Source of the DNA: Blastocladiella emersonii ATCC 22665
Taxonomy: Eukaryota > Fungi > Blastocladiomycota
Length of the DNA: 64,000 nucleotides
Direction of reading: 5' to 3'
Assembly: GCA_025594325.1 (NCBI GenBank)
Contig: JANHCV010000002.1
Location: 1,860,001-1,924,000, forward strand
Below, one piece after another: positions 1 to 8,309 of the stretch; position 1 is the first letter of the stretch, and each line of letters opens with the position of its first letter. The notes beneath the pieces are model-generated. The model did no database searches, was not told the origin of the DNA, and worked only from the letters and a program-made list of their open reading frames with translations. Both the position numbers and the translations under genes were made by a program.

Positions 1-1300
1 CTTGCGTCGCCAGCCTCGGCCATGGGCGGCGGGTACTGCCACACGAGCGGCGCGGGCGTAGGCTCTGGCAGCGCGGCCGGTTGTGGCGGCATCGGGACCA
101 TGCCGTTGTACGTGGCGAGCGTCGACGTGGGCCCGTGGAACGTCTCGAGCTCCTTGTCCTCGGCGGCCGACCGCGGCTGCAGGTAGTAGTCGAGCGGGCT
201 CACGGCGGACGCGGGCGACACGATGGTCGTGGTGTGGTGCGTCGAGTGCTTGCGCGAACCGGATGCCCCGCCGCCGGCGCCGCCGTGACCGCCCGTGTGG
301 TTGGACGACGAGCGTTGCAGCAGCGCGCGGGTTTGCGGGATCGCGTGTCGGAAGAAGGTGTACGACTCGACTACGGCGACGGGAGGTGCGGATCAGTACT
401 CGTACCTCGAGTGAGAGAGATGGTACACGTACGGCACGGCGCGAATCGGTTGAGCGTGATCGCGATGAACGGGATCGTCGGGTCCGTGGGCATGATCTGT
501 GCCCAGACGAGGAACACGAGGTACGCGACGTCGCACACGATCGCGGGCAGGTACGGCGTGAGGGCCTCGACGTGGTCGCGCCACCCGACGCGGTCCTTGA
601 TCCCGCGCACGATGATGGCGTGGAACAGCGCGTCGATGGTCAGGTTCGCCACAAACGCCGACGCAAACGCGATCCCGGACACGATTCGCTCCAGATCGCG
701 CGCGTCCAGCAGGTCCGCCGGGTACTGCCGCTTGCGCCGCTGCTCGACGTACTTGACCTCGAGCAGCCGCACGCGTGTGATCGCGACTGCGCTGATGCCC
801 AGCAGCACCCAGATCACCGCCGTGAGGATTGGGAACGCGAGCGACGGCCGGCGGCCTGGGAGCGCGTTCTGTGCGCCGGCCGCGCGGTGGCGGCGCGAGG
901 AGGAGGACGGCTTGGCGGATGGCGACGCCGTCTCGGCCGTGTGCGAGTACACGATGCTGACGCGGTACGACCGGCACGCCGTGACGAGGGCGAACCCGAC
1001 GCGCAGGAACCAGTCACCCGCGAGCGAGACGTAGGACGAGTTGGCGAACAGCGTGTTCTTGGAGAAGTAGGCGAGGATGTACACGATCTCGACGAAGGGC
1101 GTCGGCAGCAGGACCACGCAGCCGATGGCGCTCGCGAGCCAGAACCGCGACCGCGCGCCGAGGAAGCCGCGCACGCACAGCATCACGCAGATGGCGAGCA
1201 GGACCACGCCCAGCGCGTGCATCAGCAGACCGACAAAGTAGGCCACGTCGCGGATCTCGGTCCACTTGATGGCGAACGTGACGCCGCCGCTGCTGCTCAT
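1..1300 (-). CDS. Seven-transmembrane, GPCR-like membrane protein (C-terminus runs off the window start)
   Basis: ORF 371..1300 has about 7 hydrophobic segments. A predicted 62-nt intron (432..371, GTACGT...CCGTAG) replaces the ORF end and gives ...LNRFAPC|LESYTFFRHAIP..., followed by a polar tail that stays open to position 1. Confidence 0.7.
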
Positions 1301-1910
1301 GGTGGTGGCGATGGGGAGGGCAGGGGGCGAGGCGGGGGTTGTCGATGGGTGCGAGGCGTGAGGCGAGAGGAGAGCGGGGGATCAGGGACGGCGATCACAG
1401 TGCAGGGAGAGAGAGAGAACCCGCGCAGGACCTTGTCGCGCACACACATCGCCGTCGTTCGTCGCGTCGCGTCCCCAACACGTTTGTGCTGCGCGTCCGC
1501 GGCCAAGCGGCGGCGCCAGGTCCCCGCAGCGTGACGACAGCGGCGTCGGCGGGATGCGGAGCGGCTGCAGGTGCTGAAACCGGCGGCCGAGCCAGTGGTT
1601 TGGAGCCGGGTGAACCGCCGCCCGCCGGATGGGCCGACGCTCACTCGATGCTGTGGCGGATGCGGGGGCAAACGTTCGCGCCACGATAGCCTTATGGCGC
1701 CGATGGCGCAACGCGGTCCGCGTGGGGCACAGTGTTCGAGAAGCGTGTGGCGCCTTAGGGTTGTGATCGAAGCCGTGATGGGCGCAAGCGTGACCACTGA
1801 AGTGAAAATGCGCGCGCTGACCACCGCTTGTGACATCAATGAGGGGTCTACGTCGTGGAAATGGACGTCTATACAGCTGTATGAACCAAGAGTGCTGCGC
1901 AAGACGCGAT

Positions 1911-3963
1911 CTAAGGCTTGGACTCATCGTCGCCCAGCTTCGGGTGAGCTGCCGCGGCCCCGGCCGCGCTTTCGATAGCAATGATCACGTCGGCCGCCGG
2001 CTTGACGGCGGGGAGGTACAAGCTCGCGCCGTCGTCAATGGGAATCTGCTGCTGCGCGCTCGATCCGCCGCGGTTAGGGAGGTACAGCGTCGCGAGATCC
2101 TCGGGATTGAGCGGGGTCGGCGGCGCCGCGTCGCTCGCACCAGCCGGCTTGATCCCCGCGACGGTCTTGCCCAGCGCTGCGCGGGACGACGCCGCCCCAT
2201 CAACAGACGAGAGCCACGACAACAGCCGTCCGCTGCGTGAGGTGACCGTGGCCTTGCCGTTGCGGAGCGACGAGGCCGAGTCGAGGAACGGGCTCTGGCT
2301 CGCGCTTGCGCTCGCGCTCGCGCGCTTGACCTGCTTGGCGAGGCGCCGGTTGCGCACCACGAGGTACACCGACAGAGCGACCAAGAGGATCGTGATCGGG
2401 ATGACGGTGGCTAGGACGATCACGGTCGGGAGGGACGCCGACGACGGTGAACCGAGTGCCAGATCACCACCAGCGGCGCCCGTCGTGGACGTGGGAGCGG
2501 CAGCGCCAGACTGCGTCGTGTTGGGACGCGTCCCGCAGTCGACGATATTGAGCTGCGCGAGGTTCGCGTAGCAGAATCCGGTCAGGCCCGGCGGCATGCA
2601 GTCGAACTTGTTTTTCTCGGTCGACTCGGGCGTGTACAGGAGGCACACCTGTCTACACGGCGAGGGTGTGATGAGCGAGGTGATGGGATCCGGGTCCGCC
2701 GAGATCCACGCGTACTTGACGGGCGGGAGGCGGTAGACGGGCCCGGTGAGCGAGTTGTTGTGCAGGAGGCTAGCAAGGATGTGAGTGAGCGGGCACGCGA
2801 CTGCGCGGGCTAAGGAAACGCACAGCCAATCGAGGTTGCGGACGTTGAAGATGTCGATCGGGATGGCACCCGTCAGCAGGTTGTTGTTGAGGAAGCTACA
2901 GAATCGCAATCAGCACGTTACCACGACTCCTGTCCATGGTGTCGCGTCACGTACATTTCCTTGGCGCTGCCAAGTCGGCCAATCGAGGTCGGGATCACGC
3001 CGCTGAACAAGTTGTGCTCCATGTGCCTACCTTCGCGCGTGTAAGTCGGGAGGGACTCGGACCACGTCGCTGGTGATCAGGAACGTACGCTTTCTCGACG
3101 CGGCTCATTTCGCCCAGATTGTCCGGGATGCTGCCGTTGAACTTGTTGTATGAGATCTTGCTGCAGTGGTCGGGGTCAGTGCGGAGTAGTTAGACGCGTC
3201 GGACGTCGGACGCGTAACGTACAGCTCCGACAGGTTCGGGTTGAACATGTCGCGAGGAAGAGGACCCGAGAACTGGTTGTGGTCGAGGTCGCTATCAACG
3301 CGAGTGGTCAATGCAAGTGTGGCACCAAGACAGCGTCGACCCGAAGAACGTACAGAGTGTCGAGCTGCTTCATGTCGCCAAACCCGGACGGAACGGGACC
3401 GCTGAGCTGATTGTTGCTCAAAGTCCTGGACATTGGCGATCGTCAGCAACCCCTCACAGCGAAGACTGGGCTGGATCAGAGTAGTACACGCTGGTGAGGG
3501 TCTTGATCTGCATCAAGCTGCTCGGAATCGGGCCCTCGAGCTCGTTGCTGTACAGCCACAGGAAGCTGAGGTTGCGGAGCGAGCCAATCTCGGCAGGGAT
3601 CGTGCCCTTCAGCTTGTTCCCGCCGAGCAACCTGTACCGGGGAGGGCTCGGGATCAGCAAAAAAATCAAGAACTTGGCGGCAAATACCAACGTACAGCCA
3701 CTCGAGCGCGGTCAGCTTTCCGATGCTGCGCGGGATCTGGCCTTGAAGGCCGGCCTGGTTGAGCGAGCTAGTAGCGGCGGAAAGTGGTGAATACTTTTGG
3801 TGCGCGAACGCATCGACCTCGAATCCAGGGGTTCCTGTCGAATCGCTTACATTCGCGTGACTCGGCCGTTGGCACAAGTGACGCCGGTCCACGAGCAGCA
3901 GTTCGTGCCGCCCGCGTCGCCGCGACCAAGGTCGGCGAGGAAGGCGCAGTCATCAGCTGACAT
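1911..3963 (-). CDS. Single-pass LRR receptor-like protein with plant-type extracellular LRRs and no kinase; about 10 exons
   Basis: Exons 3963-3851, 3767-3696, 3631-3488, 3425-3354, 3291-3223, 3160-3089, 3026-2955, 2895-2824, 2769-2716, 2652-1911 splice in frame. They encode an N-cap CCSWTGVTC, LxLxxNxLxGxIP repeats, a Cys/Thr-rich stalk, TM VIVLATVIPITILLVALSVYLVV, basic RNRRLAK and a short tail. The true 5' end is uncertain because no signal peptide is visible. Confidence 0.85.
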
Positions 3964-4535
3964 TGGATTAAAGAGTTGATAAGCAGTGAAGAGGGAGAAG
4001 AGAGCGGCAAACGAGGTTTTCTGGTCGCTCGAAGATGATTTCCGTCAAACAGGGGGCAAGCGTGAGCCGTCCCTTCCGTACCCCGAATCGCCACAGTTCC
4101 GTACGTTTCGGCCGACCCACACGGCAATCAGCGAGTCGTAAGTGAACTGAAGGCGTGGAGAGTGAAGGTCCACATCCCAAGCGACGCACATCCAAATGGC
4201 CAGTTGTGCTGTAGCGGATGGCCGTAGGCGAAGACTGTCGCTTCTGAGGAGTGTCACTTCCCGGTGTCTAAGCCTGTGTGTGCCGCATCTATATTCAAGA
4301 GTCTTCATTCTGTCTTGTCGCAGCTCCGAACGACGCGTCAGAGTCCGCGAAACGCGTCGAACAAGAAACCGTGAGACGATCTGCGAGACATCATGTGACC
4401 GTCACGCGACATCCGCTTTCCAACTTTTCAAAATGCTCAGCCTGCTTCACCATCAACCTGCCCTCCACAAAACCAGTCACTGCAACGAATCAACCCGTAC
4501 TTGACGGACCCCCAACTCCCCGCAATCCGTCCGCC

Positions 4536-4923
4536 ATGTCCATGCGCAGCAGCCTGACGACCTTCCTGGCCCGCGGTGCCTCGCGGAAGCCGCTGACGCC
4601 CAAGGGCGGCAACAAGAACTTCTACAAGGGCACGGGCACCGGGTCCATGGGCGAGTTCATTGGCGGCCGGTGGCACTTCCGCGTCAACCCCGCCAAGGTC
4701 CGCCAGTTTGTCGTGCCCGATCTAACCGGGTTCAAGGTGCGAATCGCGGGCTGCTCGTTCCATCGCGGGCGGAGTGCTCACCGTGCTTCGGTACCTGTAG
4801 CTCAAGCCGTACGTTTCGTGGGCCGTGCCCCAGGAGCCGTACATGGTGACGGCTGACACCTTCATCGAGGCAGCCACGTCGGCGCCAGAGGCCAAGGACG
4901 GCAAGAAGGCCTCCTCCGCATAG
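4536..4923 (+). CDS. MRPL41: Mitochondrial ribosomal protein mL41 (yeast MrpL27 family)
   Basis: RKPLTPKGGNKNFYKGTGTGSMG...KVRQFVVPDLTGFK|LKPYVS motif; intron 4737..4800 (GTGCGA...CTGTAG); stop TAG at 4921-4923. Confidence 0.9.
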
Positions 4924-5012
4924 ACGACGCACCTCGGCTCGGCGCTCGCTCGCTCGTTCATCATCTGTTTATACATCCCCACAACACATCTAGTCTCCAT
5001 CCACCACCATCG

Positions 5013-6468
5013 CTACCCTCGCGACCCGCTCCCGCTCCCGCTGCTCGCACGCCCATCAACCGCCGCGGGCGTGACCACGAGCCCCGCGCCGCGGAACCCA
5101 GCGAGACTCCCGAGCCCGGGCTCGTACCGGCGGACGTGCGGCGGCCGCACGCCGTCGATGGGCGGCAGGCTCGGCACGCCGGACGATGACGATGGCGCGG
5201 CGGCCTCGTCCCCGGGGGAAGACCGGTGCCGCGCGCCCTGGTGTCGGTGCCGCTGCCAGTTGAACAGGAACGCCTTTTCGACGGGGCTGATCTCGCGGCC
5301 GTTGAGGATGTCTGTCCCGCGAGAACCTCGTGGTTAGCTCATGGGTTGTGTGAGGGGTGTGAGGATCCGGCGTACCGAGCTCAGGATGGACCAGCACGAG
5401 CTTCTCGCGCGCCCGCGGGCCCGCGGCGGCCGGGCACCCGGACAGGTCGAGCGAGTGGACGCGCGGGCAGACGGAGAGGACGACGGCGACGGCCTAGGTC
5501 GAACTGTGAGCGGAGCGTGGGAGGAATGGTGCGAGGAACCGAGGTACCTCGAGGTCGTGGATCGGGTTGCTGGCCAGCGAGACTTCTTCCAGCTGGTTGA
5601 ACCGCGCGAGCGGAAGAGGGTCCTCGAGACCGGCCTCGGTCATGGTCAGGATCCGCAGCGACTACAGGGAGTGAGTATCAGCGAACTGGGCGATGGCGGA
5701 ACCACCGACCGCGTACGGGGAAGTGGAGCGTCTCACTCTCGACCCGCAAACAATCGCCGGGCTCGAGCGTCTGGCGGTCGAGATGCAGCTCTTCAAGCGA
5801 CTCGAGGTGCAGGTCGGCGAGGTACGCGATGCGGTTCCCCGACGCGTCGCTACGGGAGCACGCGGATCGTCAGCAACACGGTCGAGAGCCACGGACATGG
5901 GGAACGCACAGGATCTTGAGCGACTCGAGGCCCGAAAGCGGCTCGAGCGACGCGATCGCGTTGTTCTGGAGGTACAGCCGCTCGAGGTGCCGCAGCGGCG
6001 CGAGGGCCTCAACTGACGTGACGCGGTTGTCGTACAGGTACAGGACCTTGAGCCCGAGGAACGCGTCGAACGTTGATGGCTACACGCGGCCGCGGTCAAT
6101 CTTTCATCGTCAAGGGCCCGGATCTCTCGCCGAACCTCAAACCCGGCGATCCCGTGCGCCTGGAGCGACAGATGCGTGACAGCAGCTTCGCTGCCCATCT
6201 TGCTCCCGCCTCGCACGCGCTGCTCGTCGCCGCCGCGCGCCGACCCGCCGCCGGCACTCCCGTGGAGCGACGCCAGCGACCCGGCGCGCGACCCGAGCCC
6301 GTGTTTAGCCCCACCACTGCCGCGCCCGTGCTTGGCGCGAGCACGGCGGTGCGCGTGGGCCATGTCGTGGCTCGACCACAGCCGGGGTCCGCTGGCGAGC
6401 GCGGTGGAAGTAGGAGGTGGGCCGGCGAGCGCGGCGGGGAGGTTTTGGGTTGAGTCGAGTCGCAGCAT
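5013..6468 (-). CDS. PPP1R42: SDS22-type LRR protein resembling PP1 regulatory subunit 42 (LRRC67); multi-exon
   Basis: Segments LKVLYLYDNRVTSVE, LERLYLQNNAI, LEELHLDRQTLEPG and ILNGREISPVEKAFLFNW parallel the animal PPP1R42 sequence as I recall it (LSVLYLYDN, LRELHVENQRLP, FLDGKEIKNIERQFLMNW). Start (6468 or 6363) and exon limits are approximate. Confidence 0.7.
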
Positions 6469-6650
6469 CGTGTTGCGAGTACATGGAAGCGTTGTGAGTA
6501 GCGAGGAGGGGACTAGTGTGTGGCGGCGCGCGAAACGAGGGCACCGAGGTCCACGCGTCGAGGAATCGCGTGATGCGGGAGACGCGAGTGCGAGACGCGT
6601 TGCGCCACGCGGGCTCCGACCCACTCTTACTCAATCTTCAATCTTCAATC

Positions 6651-8179
6651 AATTGGCGACCGGTAGCGTTAGGAACTGCTCCCCTCCGTGCTGGGCTTTC
6701 AACCCCGCCCCTCCCCCACCCCTCCCCCACCCCCACCCACCCCTCCCCAACTCAACCTCAACTTCCCCAACTCAACCTCAACTCAACCTCAACTCAACTG
6801 GCACCTCGATGATATTTTCCGCTTCCGCGTGTTGAACCTCTGCGATGTGATCAGAGGAGCGAGGAGCGTCACCATGGCCATGGTCATGACCATGGTCATG
6901 AGTGATTTGACCCGTCAGCGACTATGGATCTCGCCGATCTCTATCGCAGCCCACGCGCGCGTGCACGCTGATCCATAGGACCACGAAGCTGGACGCGTTT
7001 GGTTGCTCGCCGCGACCGACGCGGCCGCCGCTCCGCGGCGACTTTTCTTCCGTTGGCCGCCGCCTTCACTGCATGAGTGAGCTACGTCGAGGCGCGCGCG
7101 ACATCGAACCTGACACGAAGATCATCCCGCCGAGGGCCCAGATTACATCTCGGCGCGTCTCGAGCTGAGTCGCCAGCGCATGCGTCTCAAGCTCTGCCTG
7201 CGCCTCGTGCGGCCGCTGACCCATCAAGTTCCGAGCTGAGCAACATGTTGAAGTTATTCATTCAACCCGCTATGAGATCGCCGTCCGACTTTGAGCACCG
7301 CCGCTGTTTCTTCCGCGCCCCGCATAAACGTGAAGAGCGACGCGAGTTCGACCTGTGTGCGGTGTTCACGGAAAAGTAAGCGTTGAGGGATCGCCATGTA
7401 GAATGCGTGGAACTCGTGTGCGTGAGAAGCACGATGATCTACCTTGGCCGTGGTCGCCGCCGCCTTACCAGCGTTGAGCGGGTGCATGTAGTAGGCAACT
7501 TTCCTCACCAAGAGCATGACGTTGAGCAAATACACGTTGTTGGTCGCGTCGCCGCTCCCCGCGGCGGTCGCACCGACATGCGTACCAACTGGCGCGCGTC
7601 GAGACCAAGGCAGTGCGCGAGCTGGTTGGTGCCCTTGATCATGGTACACAGGCGGGTCACGGGAGGGAGAACCACTGGCTGTAGTACCGCTCGACGTCAA
7701 AGGCGAGCGACGGGTTGCGCGGGGTGGCAGACGCGCTAGGCGGTTGCCGACGACGCGGCGGCGCTCAAACCCGTTGAAGGTGGAGCGGCGGGAGGATCGA
7801 CGGCCACTCGCCCGTGGTCTCGGCCGTCGCGGGCACGAGCGTAATGTCGCAGTCCTCAGCAGCACCGTTTACGCCTCGCTTGGCATTACCTTACCGTCAG
7901 GGCTCGTTGCGACATTTCCCCTCGCCTCGCTCAGTGTGAAGACGGCGTCGTGACGAGGTTCAGCAACTTTTATTGGGTCACAGAGATGCCATTGCTGCAT
8001 GTTAACATGGTGGAAGCTTCATGGGTGTTTTCATGAGATGAGGAGCGAGCAAAGGGCAAAAAAGGGGTGGCTTATGTAGGTGCTTGCCGGTCAGGTGACG
8101 CGTCGCTATGTGACGACCGCGCTCTAGGTCACGTGGGCTTCATTTTTTCGGGGAGACCACTGGGGTTGAGCCCAGCACA
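6651..8179 (-). mobile_element. Non-autonomous interspersed element, copy 1 (Helitron2/Helentron-like)
   Basis: Colinear reverse-complement similarity to 27295..29253. 5' end TGTGCTGGGCTCAACCCC (8179 downward); inverted partner GTGCTGGGCTTTCAACCCC at 6688-6706, 37 nt inside the other end; imperfect palindrome GCGACCGGTAGC near 6651; no target-site duplication. Confidence 0.7.
6707..6798. repeat. C-rich tract and (CTCAAC/CTCAA)n microsatellite inside element copy 1
   Basis: Runs such as cctcccccacccctcccccaccccc followed by ctcaacctcaactcaacctcaactcaac; a counterpart is present in copy 2. Confidence 0.8.
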
Positions 8180-8309
8180 AGTAGTGCGAGGGCAAGCAGA
8201 AAATGACTTTTCGTTCAATACGAGTGCGTGGAAGTGAAGGAGGAAATGGACACGGAGCGGGGCGGGGGCAAAAAATGATACACGGCAGGCGGGAGCGAGG
8301 ACGCGGCGG

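Noticed and set aside
7254-7865. hAT-transposase-like hints (PVTRL, AYYMHPL) in element copy 1
   Set aside because: Only short motif resemblances; the element lacks hAT-type symmetric TIRs and an 8-bp TSD.
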